28,274 nucleotides of DNA from a virus. Its lineage: Duplodnaviria; Caudoviricetes. How positions within the stretch are numbered: the stretch's first letter is position 1; every line of letters starts with the position of its first letter. Positions 1 through 9,287 of the stretch are shown here, piece after piece. Location: positions 1 to 28,274 of the IMG/VR virus record IMGVR_UViG_3300036845_000088; one strand, 5' to 3'. A model generated the notes under the pieces. It was not told the origin of the DNA. It made no database searches and saw only the letters and a list, made by a program, of their open reading frames with translations. The position numbers were made by a program, and so were the translations under genes.

Positions 1-256
1 CCTGAAAATAGGTCTGCTTGGCGCCGAGCACGGCGGTGCCGTAGCCGCTGGCCGCATCGATGTTGAGATTGCCCGAAAGGGTCCCGCCGATCAGCGGCAG
101 GACCTGTCCCCACGTGGCCTGATGACGGCCATAGTAATTGGCGTCGGACGGCGCATCCGTGCCCGCGCCGCCGACAGAGGCCCATTTGGTGCCGTCCCAG
201 CGCCAGCCGGTACCGAAGACGTCGCCGACGGCGGGAGAAGCAGGGAAGTCGAGCAT
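1..256 (-). CDS. Tail fibre/spike protein, N-terminal part (runs off window); paralogue of 308..2089
   Basis: Not in the ORF track. Manual translation from ATG 256 (GGAG upstream) gives MLDFPASPAVGDVFGTGWRWDGTKWASVGGAGTDAPSDANYYGRHQATWGQVLPLIGGTLSGNLNID..., open to base 1 and matching the N-terminus of the neighbouring fibre. Confidence 0.88.
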   Translation of the reverse strand, partial: MLDFPASPAVGDVFGTGWRWDGTKWASVGGAGTDAPSDANYYGRHQATWGQVLPLIGGTLSGNLNIDAASGYGTAVLGAKQTYFQ

Positions 257-307
257 GTCAGGGCTCCGTCCTGTCGCAGCGATATAGCACGGCCTGTCCG
301 GTGGCGG

Positions 308-2089
308 TCATCGTGCCTCCACCGCCGCGAGGCGCGCGGCGAGTTGCTGGATGGCCCGGATGACATACGGGGTAAAGCTGGCGTCGATGAGGTGGTGCAT
401 GTCCGGCGGCAAGGGCGAGTCGGGCGGAGGATCGGGATTGACCAGCACGCCGACAGCTTCCGCGATGATCGGCTGCACCTCCTGCGCGACCATGCCGATC
501 GGAACGTGCGCCGGTTGCGCGTCGCGCATCATGGCGTCGCGTTCTTCAATGCTCTTGCCGGTTGCGCCAATCCACGCGGCAGCGTCGGCCTTGATGTCGA
601 ATTGCGTGATCGGGACATTGAGCAGTGCCGCGAGCGCATCGACATCGGTCGGCGCGACGTTGTCCTTGATCCGCGCATCGCTGCTCGCATCGACAAAAAT
701 GCCATAAAAATTGCTGCTCTGATCATAGCCGTTGAGCGAGACGCCGGCCGGACCGCCACCGCCGCTTGCATAGGAAAATTTCGACGCATTGGTTTGTGTG
801 CACAAGGCAAAGGCGTTGGCAGTGCTATCGACATAGGCCGTGATCGAGTTTGCAACCTGATCCGCCCATCCGAAGGTGATCGTGTGGCTGTTGGTCGTGG
901 CGAGGGTGCCACCCCCGGAAACGCCGCCCGATACGCTCGCACAAGCCAGATTACCGGTAAGTTGGCCGCCGCCGTTCATAAATAGTTGCAATACCGTTGC
1001 TGCACCGGTTTCGTCCCCGATCGCGAAGTTGCCGCTTGAGAATGTACCGCAAGACCACAAGCGGACGTTGGCAACATTATACATTGTGCGCGCGTTATAG
1101 CCTTGCGCGACACCGACGCTAAGCGGATCGTTGATCGGGGCGCCGTTGCCGATCATGGCACCATGCGGCGCCAGTAATTGCCCGGTGACCAAATTCAGGT
1201 TGCCGGAATGGTCCATCGTCGCGACCTGGGTCCAGGAGATCGCGCTGCCGGCGGCGCCGGTGGGAGCACAAAACCAGTTCCAGACATTATTGCTGGTATC
1301 GAAGGTAAACAGGCCGGACGGAGCGGCGGCCAGCCGCTTCCATCCCGCAGTCGCACTGTAGGCGTTGAACCCAAGGTTTCCGCCGAGGGGCATGGAATAG
1401 TCGGTGGCATAGACGACGCCCACGGTCGTGTCGCTGGGTATCGCCGCGCTCACGCCCAGCGAGCCGCTGATCACGCCACCGGTAATCGGCAGGTAGCCGT
1501 TGCAAAATGCGGTGGTCGCCAGGAACAGAGAATTGTCGCCCGCCGCGCGGGTCTGGCCGGAATTATTGAGCGGATAAATCCCAGCCGTGTCCGTCCAGAT
1601 CATCTGCGAGCCGGAGGGAGGTGGGACGACAACGGTGCCGCCGGACGTGCCCTGGAACGTGACCGGCTGGCTGGTATGGTTGAAGATCGTCCAGCTATTA
1701 CGAATGGTTGTCGCCACCGGGAGCGTGATCGTGACCGGGCCTGTCGGCGATCCATAACAGAAGATCACTGCGGCGTCGCACTGAGCAACGGTGAGCGACT
1801 GCGATCCTGGCGTCAAATTGACGCTGGTGCTTGTTTTGTTGTGGTCGCTGTAGCTCTTCGTCGTGGCCTGGGCCGCAGTTGTTGGATCGGCGGCTGGGAG
1901 GGTGAGCGATCCGCTGAGCGTGCCGCCCGTGAGCGGGAGCACCTGCGCCCACGCGTATTGATGGCGGCCATAGTAGTTCGCATCGGCCGGCGCGTCGGTC
2001 GCGGCGACGCCGGTCCACTTGGCGCCGTCCCAGCGCGCGCTGTTGAAGATGTCGCCGACAGATGGCGTGTTGGGATAATCGAGGGCCAT
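308..2089 (-). CDS. Tail fibre/spike with C-terminal intramolecular chaperone (peptidase S74-like)
   Basis: 593 aa, Gly/Thr/Ser-rich. Contains SSDARIKDNV (S-D-x-R-x-K autocleavage motif), GMVAQEV and a terminal coiled coil IRAIQQLAARLAAVEAR. Confidence 0.88.
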   Translation of the reverse strand: MALDYPNTPSVGDIFNSARWDGAKWTGVAATDAPADANYYGRHQYAWAQVLPLTGGTLSGSLTLPAADPTTAAQATTKSYSDHNKTSTSVNLTPGSQSLTVAQCDAAVIFCYGSPTGPVTITLPVATTIRNSWTIFNHTSQPVTFQGTSGGTVVVPPPSGSQMIWTDTAGIYPLNNSGQTRAAGDNSLFLATTAFCNGYLPITGGVISGSLGVSAAIPSDTTVGVVYATDYSMPLGGNLGFNAYSATAGWKRLAAAPSGLFTFDTSNNVWNWFCAPTGAAGSAISWTQVATMDHSGNLNLVTGQLLAPHGAMIGNGAPINDPLSVGVAQGYNARTMYNVANVRLWSCGTFSSGNFAIGDETGAATVLQLFMNGGGQLTGNLACASVSGGVSGGGTLATTNSHTITFGWADQVANSITAYVDSTANAFALCTQTNASKFSYASGGGGPAGVSLNGYDQSSNFYGIFVDASSDARIKDNVAPTDVDALAALLNVPITQFDIKADAAAWIGATGKSIEERDAMMRDAQPAHVPIGMVAQEVQPIIAEAVGVLVNPDPPPDSPLPPDMHHLIDASFTPYVIRAIQQLAARLAAVEAR

Positions 2090-2091
2090 GG

Positions 2092-4299
2092 CTATAAGTC
2101 CGCCGAGGCGGTGAAGCTGCCCTGCAGGATAAATCCTCCGACAACCGTCGTGACGGTGTAGGAAACGAAACCGGCCGGACTGACAGAAGTCGGCCCTGAA
2201 CCGCTGCAGTTGGTTTGCGTGGTATAGGTCGGCGTGACCGTTGGGCTCGCCCGCATGGGGACCGGGAACGGCATGAAATAACTAGCCCCTATGCCTGCGC
2301 CGCCGTATCCGGCAAGATTGATGGTTCCAACCTGGAAGAACCGTTGCGCCTTCGCGAGTTCTTGCTGTAGGTCCGGTTTTTCCAATGGCGTCGCGGTGCT
2401 CCCGATCTCCAGTTGCACGCCCCATATATTCACCGTGCCCGATTGCACGCCGACATTTCCCGATGCCGCCGCGTTGGTCGCGCCGGAACTGAGGAACAAC
2501 GCCAGCCCGCTATAGTCATCGCCATTGGTGCCCAGCGTCATGCCGGCGATGCTTGGCATCGCTATGGTTGCGGTATATCTCGTCAATGTCCCACCGGTCG
2601 TGATCCGCGCCCCGGTTGTCTGTGCCCACAATCCCGCCGATGGCGAGCCTCCGGTACCGAATACCTGCGAGATGTTGATGCCGATATTGAGTGCTGCCGA
2701 GGAATTGGCCCAGAAGCTGACGGTGACTGCCTTGCCGGCCAGTCGTCGCACGCCTTCAATCGCCTGTATTTGATAGGTCAGCGAGGCGGCGGTTGCCGTC
2801 CCGGTCACGACACTTTGCAGGCATGTTGTCGCCGCTTCGTCGCCGATCTGACCGCGCATCGTATCGGTAACGGTGCCTTCGCCGGTGGCACAGGCGTCGC
2901 CCCCCGCGATGGAACTCCGCCAGCGATCGGCTGCGATGGTATTGCCGGCGAATGGCCCTGTGCCGCGCTGCCAGATGTTGAACATACTGTTATGCAGCAG
3001 GTTGCGCCCGACATTGGAGATTGAGCGCATATCGCAATATTGCTTGGTCGCGGCCTGTAGGGCGGTGGTCGGATCGGCGGGCAGGGTGATTGCCGCGCTG
3101 ACGGTGATGCCCACGCAGTTGATACCGGAGCGATTGAAGATTATCGGCGAAGTGGTGAGTACCTGTGCATCGTTTATAAAACGTAATTCAAACATATGGG
3201 GCTGCACCAGGAAGTCCGTAATGTTTTCGTCGGTCGTTTGTCCGGTTTGAACGAAACTCATGCCCGCTGCGGTCTGAAGCCCCGAATTGGAACCGCCGTA
3301 GGTTGAAGTGCCGATGATGTTTGGAGCGGTCAGCGCGCCGGTCATCGTGCCGCCGCTGAGCAGCAGCCCGCCCGCGCTGGTGATGTCCGCATTGGTCAGC
3401 GTGACGGCGCCGACGCGGGTGTTGAAGCTGGTGACCAGCGACGTGCCGGCGAGGGTGGTGGCCGCGACCCACTGCGAGGAGTTCGCATCCTGATAGTAGA
3501 CATAAAGCTGGCCATCGACGCTGGACCACCAGAGCGCGCCCGGCTTGGGCGTCGCCGGAGCCGTGTCGCCGATGATGGCGCCCGCCGGCAAGCTATCGAC
3601 GTACTGCTTGGTGGTTGCCCCCAGCGGAACCGTTGGATTCGCCGCCAGGATCAGCGGGCCGGTGAGTGTTCCTCCGGCGACCGGCAGCCATGGCGCGGCG
3701 GCTGCCGTGCTGGCGCCGGTGCCGCCCGAGGCGACCGCGAGTATCCCGCCCAGGGTGAGCGTGCCGGTGGAGGTGATCGGACTGCCCGCGAAGGTGAGTC
3801 CGGTGGTCCCGCCGGACGCCGCGACCGACGTGACCGAGCCGGCTCCGCCACCGCCGGCCTGTAGCTGTTGGAGGGTGACGGCGCCGAGCGGGACCGTGGC
3901 ATTGCCCGACAGGATCAGCGGGCCTGTCATGGTGTCGCCGGCCCGATTGATGAACGGTGCGGCGGCGAGGCTGGCGGCTCCGGTGCCGCCCGAGGCGACC
4001 GCCAGCGTGCCGCCGAGTGTGAGGGTGCCCGACACGGTAATCGGGCTGCCGGCGAAGGTGAGTCCTGTGGTGCCGCCCGAGGCGCTGATCGACTTGACCG
4101 TGCCGCCCCCGGCCGCCGCGCTGGCCTGAAGCTGTTGGAGCGTGACCGCGCCGAGCGGGACGGTCGCGTCGCCCACCAGGGTGACGGTGCCGGCGTTCAG
4201 CACGCCGCCTTGCGCGTCCACCTTGAGCGCGAAGAAATTGGTCCATTGCGTGGCGGTCGGCGTCTCGCCAGCGATCAGGGTGACGCTGTTATTGCTCAT
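2092..4299 (-). CDS. Long fibre protein with internal repeats and C-terminal putative carbohydrate-binding domain
   Basis: 735 aa. Has GGTLTGPLILAANPT..ATTKQYVD repeats and a C-terminal GRNLLHNSMFNIWQRG...ADRW...VQLEIGSTATPLE...ELAKAQRFF domain typical of phage fibre tips. Confidence 0.8.
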   Translation of the reverse strand: MSNNSVTLIAGETPTATQWTNFFALKVDAQGGVLNAGTVTLVGDATVPLGAVTLQQLQASAAAGGGTVKSISASGGTTGLTFAGSPITVSGTLTLGGTLAVASGGTGAASLAAAPFINRAGDTMTGPLILSGNATVPLGAVTLQQLQAGGGGAGSVTSVAASGGTTGLTFAGSPITSTGTLTLGGILAVASGGTGASTAAAAPWLPVAGGTLTGPLILAANPTVPLGATTKQYVDSLPAGAIIGDTAPATPKPGALWWSSVDGQLYVYYQDANSSQWVAATTLAGTSLVTSFNTRVGAVTLTNADITSAGGLLLSGGTMTGALTAPNIIGTSTYGGSNSGLQTAAGMSFVQTGQTTDENITDFLVQPHMFELRFINDAQVLTTSPIIFNRSGINCVGITVSAAITLPADPTTALQAATKQYCDMRSISNVGRNLLHNSMFNIWQRGTGPFAGNTIAADRWRSSIAGGDACATGEGTVTDTMRGQIGDEAATTCLQSVVTGTATAASLTYQIQAIEGVRRLAGKAVTVSFWANSSAALNIGINISQVFGTGGSPSAGLWAQTTGARITTGGTLTRYTATIAMPSIAGMTLGTNGDDYSGLALFLSSGATNAAASGNVGVQSGTVNIWGVQLEIGSTATPLEKPDLQQELAKAQRFFQVGTINLAGYGGAGIGASYFMPFPVPMRASPTVTPTYTTQTNCSGSGPTSVSPAGFVSYTVTTVVGGFILQGSFTASADL
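3610..4165 (-). repeat. Tandem intragenic duplication, period about 264-267 nt (88-89 aa)
   Basis: aggatcagcgggcc occurs at 3647 and 3911, and gctgttggag at 3864 and 4131. The protein unit VPLGAVTLQQLQA..ASGGTTGLTFAGSPIT..GTLTLGG.LAVASGGTGA appears twice. Confidence 0.9.
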
Positions 4300-4727
4300 C
4301 GTGACCTCGGGGGCGGAATGTAATCCGTGCTGCCGATCGCGGAGATGGCCACGGTGAACGGCCCGCCGGTGACGGGAACGCCGACCACCACCACGGCCCC
4401 AACCGTCGTCGTCGCCTCGATCACGCCGCCGATAGTCCGGGTGGCCTCGTCGAATGTGACCGAGACCTGCGCCGTGGCCACGCCGGGCACGGTCAGGGCG
4501 GCTTCCTGCAGCCGTAGCTTGATCAGCCCGGCATTCGGGGATTGCCCGAGGATATCCTGCCAGTACGGCACGCCCTTGGTGGTGTCATACCAGAGTTCGC
4601 CGAGGAACAGACGGCACGCGCTCGCGATGTCCTGGGCGGTGCTGTACGGCTCCGTCGCCAGGGCGATGTTGCCGTTGGCGTCGAGCATGAGGTCCCAGGT
4701 CGTTGGGTCGAGCAGGAGCGTCGACAC
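4296..4727 (-). CDS. Baseplate wedge / sheath initiator (gp25/gpW-like)
   Basis: TLLLDPTTWDLMLDANGNIA...AQDIASACRLFLGELWYDTTKGVPYWQDILG is characteristic of this family in Bcep781/AP22-like myophages. Confidence 0.78.
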   Translation of the reverse strand: MSTLLLDPTTWDLMLDANGNIALATEPYSTAQDIASACRLFLGELWYDTTKGVPYWQDILGQSPNAGLIKLRLQEAALTVPGVATAQVSVTFDEATRTIGGVIEATTTVGAVVVVGVPVTGGPFTVAISAIGSTDYIPPPRSR

Positions 4728-4730
4728 GGG

Positions 4731-4976
4731 TCAGTCCGGCCATTTCGGTGTCGGCGGGGCGCCGGATGGCGTCGGCGGCGGCACGTAGTCGATGAGGTTG
4801 CGCGCCGGGCCGAGTTGCTTGGCGTTGAGGTCCTGGAGATGATGTTGCCATGTCGCGTCGCCGATGGGAATCATGCGCTCGGATGACGGCAGTGTCGGAT
4901 AGGTGACGAAATCCGTATCGACCCAGCCGACGACCAGTTGGGGATTATTACCAGCGACGATCGCGTATTTTGCCAT
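4731..4976 (-). CDS. Putative tail fibre assembly chaperone
   Basis: 81 aa gene directly after the main fibre, with a VVGWVDT motif and a Pro-rich end in WPD; position and size fit a fibre chaperone. Confidence 0.6.
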   Translation of the reverse strand: MAKYAIVAGNNPQLVVGWVDTDFVTYPTLPSSERMIPIGDATWQHHLQDLNAKQLGPARNLIDYVPPPTPSGAPPTPKWPD

Positions 4977-4977
4977 G

Positions 4978-6801
4978 TCAGAATCCGATCGCGATGAAGA
5001 AGAAGGCGGTGTTGGTGCTGCCCCAGCCGTTGCCCTGCCATTGCAGATTATACGTCAATATCTGCGCGTTGTTCGAGAATTGGGCGCCGTGGACGGACGG
5101 ATAGTTGTTCCCCCACGTCCCGCTCGGCGCGGACTCGCTGATGACGCAGGACAGCCCGAGATTTGGGAACGCGATCGGCAGATTGACGTAGAGCGGGCCG
5201 TTGGCGGCGACGTTGCCCCACTGGATGATCAGCCCGTTCGGAAGCCTCGTGTAGCCGTTGCCGGAGATATAGAAGGGGAAGTCGGCGAGGATCGTGCCGA
5301 TATTGCCGTTGCCGGTGCCGGTGGCACCGGCGTTTGCCACCAGATATCGTCCGGCTTCGAGATCGAGCCCGGCGAAGATTCTCTGATTGACGTGGAGATT
5401 TTGGCCGTTGTCGAAATAGCCCCAGCCGACCGAGGGATTCGCGGCGCCGTCCATGCCGCCGAAGCTCAGGTTGCCGTTGGAGTCCACCCAGAAGCCCGAG
5501 CAGGCGGCGTTGCCGGCAAACATGCCGACCGATGGCTGGCCGCCGACCGATACAATGCGGCCGCTATAGGAGTGCAGGGACGCGGTGGCGTTGATATCGC
5601 CGCCCGTGGTGATCGTGGCCAGGATGTTGCCGTTATCGGCGAAGCGCCAGTAACCATCGGCGGTGCTGCGGGAGAGGTAATAGCCGCCGCCGCCGGTGTT
5701 GGCGTAGAACGTGCCGCTGTCGGAAATGACCGCCCCGCGCGCCTCGACATTGCCATTGACGATGGCCGTGCCGTCTATCTGCAAGCTGCCAGTGCTGTGC
5801 ATCCAGGCGGCGGTGATGCTGCCGTTGATGTTTTGGTTGCCGTCGATCTGCGCGCTTCCGGTTGTGTGGAGATATCCGGTAGTGACGCTGGCCGGCGCGT
5901 CGAAATTGCCGCCGGGCCCGAACTGCCCGACGACAGTGTTCCCCTGGACGAAATACCAATAGCCATTGCTCGGCTGATATTGGAGATAAGCCCCGCTCGA
6001 TGTGTTGCCGCTGAAAAACAGGCCGCCGGTCGAGACGATATCGCCCGCCGTGAGCCATCCGTTGATGGTGGCGGCGCCGTCGATCTGCAGGCTGCCGGTC
6101 GAGTGCATCGATCCCGAGGTGAGCGGGCCGCCGACGGTGAGGCTGCCGCTGATCGATGCGTTCTGGCTGATATAGAGGTTCTGCCCGATGACGCCCGCCG
6201 AGGCGGTGAGGTTGCCCGCGTCATCGAGGCTGAGGATCGCCCGGTTATAGGCGCTGTTGATGATCTGGAACTGGCCGGAGACGGCGCGCAGTGTCTTGTT
6301 CGGCGTGGTGGTGCCGTTGCCGGACAGCAGGACGTTGGCCCCGTTCGTGCCCGAGCCGACGATGTTGATGGCGGCGCTGGCCGGATCGGGAAACCATGGC
6401 ACGGACCAGCCGGCCCCGGCGGCGTCCGGGTTGGTGACGTTATTGTCGCTGAGGCTGTACCAATACAGCCCCGGCGTGGCGGCCGACATGACGCGCGCGC
6501 CGTTGGGATAGCCGCCGATCGCGGTCTGGAACGTCGCGTCGTAGCGGATCGGGCCGCCCGCGCTGAGCCACTGCGACCATTGCGTCTCCTGGCGGAGTAT
6601 CCCGTTGAAATCGGCGCCCCAGGGCCACGAGCCGCCGTTGGCGATGTCGAGGAAGGTGGCGGGAGGGAATCCGTCCGTCAGGCTCGCCGCGCCGAGTTGC
6701 AGCCCGATCTGGCTCGCCTGCGGGATCGGCCGGACATAGGTCGAGCCGGCGCCGCCAGCGAAGGGGATGTTGTATTTCGGCGGAATTTGTGTCGCTTGCA
6801 T
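4978..6801 (-). CDS. Main (baseplate-attached) tail fibre
   Basis: N-terminus IPFA...IPQASQ...ASLTDGFPPATF...GADFNGIL...GGYPNGA is the baseplate anchor of this phage group. C-terminus GYTRLPNGLIIQWG...LPIAFPN is a gp53-like tip. The gene follows DUF2612. Confidence 0.9.
   Translation of the reverse strand: MQATQIPPKYNIPFAGGAGSTYVRPIPQASQIGLQLGAASLTDGFPPATFLDIANGGSWPWGADFNGILRQETQWSQWLSAGGPIRYDATFQTAIGGYPNGARVMSAATPGLYWYSLSDNNVTNPDAAGAGWSVPWFPDPASAAINIVGSGTNGANVLLSGNGTTTPNKTLRAVSGQFQIINSAYNRAILSLDDAGNLTASAGVIGQNLYISQNASISGSLTVGGPLTSGSMHSTGSLQIDGAATINGWLTAGDIVSTGGLFFSGNTSSGAYLQYQPSNGYWYFVQGNTVVGQFGPGGNFDAPASVTTGYLHTTGSAQIDGNQNINGSITAAWMHSTGSLQIDGTAIVNGNVEARGAVISDSGTFYANTGGGGYYLSRSTADGYWRFADNGNILATITTGGDINATASLHSYSGRIVSVGGQPSVGMFAGNAACSGFWVDSNGNLSFGGMDGAANPSVGWGYFDNGQNLHVNQRIFAGLDLEAGRYLVANAGATGTGNGNIGTILADFPFYISGNGYTRLPNGLIIQWGNVAANGPLYVNLPIAFPNLGLSCVISESAPSGTWGNNYPSVHGAQFSNNAQILTYNLQWQGNGWGSTNTAFFFIAIGF
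5755..6110 (-). repeat. Three copies of a 17-aa fibre repeat (M/L)H(S/T)TGS(L/A)QIDGxxx(I/V)NG
   Basis: MHSTGSLQIDGAATING, LHTTGSAQIDGNQNING and MHSTGSLQIDGTAIVNG in the translation. Confidence 0.85.
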
Positions 6802-6810
6802 GCCGGTTCC

Positions 6811-7389
6811 TCATGGCCCCTGCTTGAGTATAGCCTGGACCCCGGCGGGGCGTGGGATGATGCCGCTCTGGTAGAAGATCGCCGCCTGCAGCTTGTCGAG
6901 CCAGAACTCGAAAGTGTATGTGATCGTCATGTTCAGGCCATCGACCACGTAGCATTTCCCGCTCGCGCCGAACAACGTGTTCAGGATCGAATTGATCGAG
7001 GCCGCCGAGCCATCGCTGATGTTGGCCGCCGCCTTGGCCAGGATCAGGGTCCGGAAACCGGCATCGTCCAACGTGTTGTTCCCCGTCGTCGGACCGCCTG
7101 CGAACAACGGGCCGCCCCAGCCGAAGCCGCTGATCGCGTTCGGGTCCTGCGCCTCGGCGAACCCAAAATACGGGCCGCCGGCCACGGTCTGCACGACGCG
7201 GCCGACGCCGACGATGCGGCCCCATCTGTCGAGACCATAGCCGACGGCGGTATCGAGATTCCACACGCCATCGTAGAGAAGCTCGATGTCGGCTTCCGGC
7301 CCTTTCCATTGGTTCATGTAGTTGACGATCGTCTGGATCGTCGTGCTGTCAAAATATTGGCTGATGATAGTCTGTTCGGGGTTCCGCAT
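6811..7389 (-). CDS. Baseplate wedge protein, DUF2612 family
   Basis: TIISQY...WNLDTAVGYGLDRWGRIVGVGR...FGF...LDDAGFRTLILAKAAANI...PRPAGV. Confidence 0.9.
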   Translation of the reverse strand: MRNPEQTIISQYFDSTTIQTIVNYMNQWKGPEADIELLYDGVWNLDTAVGYGLDRWGRIVGVGRVVQTVAGGPYFGFAEAQDPNAISGFGWGGPLFAGGPTTGNNTLDDAGFRTLILAKAAANISDGSAASINSILNTLFGASGKCYVVDGLNMTITYTFEFWLDKLQAAIFYQSGIIPRPAGVQAILKQGP

Positions 7390-8628
7390 TTACTGAGTGA
7401 CCATCGAGATGTCGGCCGCCGAGGTGACCGGGATCTGATTGATGTTCAGCGTCACGGCGTCGCCCTGCGCGCCGCCCTGCAGGCCGATGGTCAGCGTGAG
7501 CACCTGCGCCCAGGCGCCGAGCGAGACGACTGCATAGACATAGCGCGACGCCAGCAGGCTCTGGCCGATGGTCGCCCGGCCGCCGCCATCGGCGCCCGCA
7601 AATGCGTTGATGATCGCGGTCTGGATCAACGTCAGCGCGTTGGCCGGGATGGCGGGATTGTTGCGCAGCGTGACGACGAAGGCGATGGTCGCGTCGGCCG
7701 GCCGCTCGAAAGTGACCGGATAGGTCGGATAAGGCGCCGAGTACCATGACGACGTGTCCTGCACGTTGACCGTGGTGTTGCCGGTGTAGTTGCAGCCGAG
7801 CGACTTCTTCTGCCAGATCGCCTGCGCCACGTTCGCGTCGGTGTCGCCCGCGACGCAGACGTACAGGCTGTTGGGGAGCAGCGAGACGCCGCCCACCGTG
7901 GTCGCCGTGCTGGTCCAGTTTTCGGTGGCGTAGCAGTCGGTCACGTCCGCGAGCGCGAACACCTGGGCCGCCACCGACACGAGCAGGCCGACCGCGTTGC
8001 CCGCCACGCTCGCTTCCCTGCGCGTCTCGAAATCCGTGCGCGACTCCACGACGGTGCCGAGCACGCCATCAGCCGCGTTGCTGATCGTGTCCAGGCCGGG
8101 CACCACCCGATAGACCGACAGGCTGCCGGCCGGGCACGGGTTGGGTCCGTAGATGAGATTGGCGAAGGGCAGCGTCACGTTGCCCGCCGTCGCGTCGATC
8201 ACGCCGCTCTGCTGGCAGGTGTAGACGTTGCCCGCCGTGTCCTGGGCGAGCGTGCCCACCGGGATGGCGACGTTGCCCAGGCCCGTGCAGAGCGCCTGCA
8301 CGACGGTGGGGGTGGGGGGCTTGCGGTTGAGGAAATAAATTCTTGCCAATGCGTCCTGATAGCGGCCATCGGCATAGAGCGGGTCGGATTGCTGCGACAG
8401 GAACAGAACCTGATCGTTTTTGTCGGCGATGATCGCGGTCTCGGAAGACGCAAGCTGCCCTTGCGGCGTCTCCAACGCCGAGTTCATCGCGCCGCCGAAC
8501 GCCGTGTTGAGATCGGCCAAAACGCCCGCGAGGACTTCCGCCTCGGTCGGCAGCACCGGGCCGGTCGGCCCCAGAATGACCGGCGGGACGGCCGTCGTCG
8601 GGAGGACCGGCGTCGTCAATCCGCTCAT
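7390..8628 (-). CDS. Baseplate J-like (Mu gp47-like) protein
   Basis: ETPQGQLASSETAII...ADGRYQDALARIYFLNRK...ESRTDFETRR...PNSLYVCVAG; 412 aa; synteny. Confidence 0.92.
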   Translation of the reverse strand: MSGLTTPVLPTTAVPPVILGPTGPVLPTEAEVLAGVLADLNTAFGGAMNSALETPQGQLASSETAIIADKNDQVLFLSQQSDPLYADGRYQDALARIYFLNRKPPTPTVVQALCTGLGNVAIPVGTLAQDTAGNVYTCQQSGVIDATAGNVTLPFANLIYGPNPCPAGSLSVYRVVPGLDTISNAADGVLGTVVESRTDFETRREASVAGNAVGLLVSVAAQVFALADVTDCYATENWTSTATTVGGVSLLPNSLYVCVAGDTDANVAQAIWQKKSLGCNYTGNTTVNVQDTSSWYSAPYPTYPVTFERPADATIAFVVTLRNNPAIPANALTLIQTAIINAFAGADGGGRATIGQSLLASRYVYAVVSLGAWAQVLTLTIGLQGGAQGDAVTLNINQIPVTSAADISMVTQ

Positions 8629-9287
8629 GTGACGGGGCCGGTGTTGGCGCCGCCCGAGACCACGCCGGTGTGCTCGTGCCTTTCGTCAATGACGTGGCCA
8701 TTGGCAACCACCGTGCCGTTGAACAGGACATTGGCGTTGATCGTCAATGTCTGGCTCTGGATCGTCACGTCGTTCGGTGTGGTGATCGTCACGCCGTTGG
8801 GGCTGTGAATTTCGACGCCGGTGGCGGAAAACCTGATCCACTGCGTCGGGGCCAAATTCAGAATTTGACCATGATACATCCCGTCGGACCAATCGTGCTG
8901 CCGGCGCGAGGCCGGCCCGGACGGCTGGCGCGTCGTCTTGACCGTGCTGATGTCGCGGCTGGCGAACGAGCATATTCCGACATCGCCGACCTTGGGATCG
9001 CAGATGATCCCGTCGCTGCCGCCGCCATGGCGCAGATAGGGCAGGCCGTGGATGACGCCATGCGGGACGACGGTGCCATTAGGATCGATCTGATGCACCA
9101 TCGGCTGCACGTCCACTGTTCCGGCGGCGGCCGCAGCACCTCCGCCGCCATGCACGGCCACGATCTTGACCAGCGTTGCCGTCTGCCGTTCGGCGAGCGC
9201 CTTGGTGATGAGGAAGCCGATGGAATGATAGTCGTCGGATTGATCCGCCGGCTGCTGGAACCCGAGATACGTCGTATTGTCGGTCAT
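8625..9287 (-). CDS. Baseplate central spike (gp138-N/gpV-like)
   Basis: Likely start ATG 9287 (ATGA overlap with the upstream stop). Contains VDVQPMV, DPKVGDVG...RDIS, RRQHDWSDG and a C-terminal HEH (HxH metal-binding tip). Confidence 0.88.
   Translation of the reverse strand: MTDNTTYLGFQQPADQSDDYHSIGFLITKALAERQTATLVKIVAVHGGGGAAAAAGTVDVQPMVHQIDPNGTVVPHGVIHGLPYLRHGGGSDGIICDPKVGDVGICSFASRDISTVKTTRQPSGPASRRQHDWSDGMYHGQILNLAPTQWIRFSATGVEIHSPNGVTITTPNDVTIQSQTLTINANVLFNGTVVANGHVIDERHEHTGVVSGGANTGPVT

Noticed and set aside
257-307. TGCTATAT (minus strand) as an internal promoter for the last fibre
   Set aside because: No recognisable -35; too weak to call.
1-6801. Diversity-generating retroelement or invertible fibre cassette
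   Set aside because: No reverse transcriptase or invertase, no adenine-specific template/variable repeat pair and no inverted fibre segments are seen in the window; the repeats are in-frame protein repeats.
4903-7749. 948-aa plus-strand ORF
   Set aside because: Antisense shadow of the fibre, DUF2612 and baseplate J genes; Arg/Ala/Gly-rich with no motifs, as expected from high-GC codon bias.
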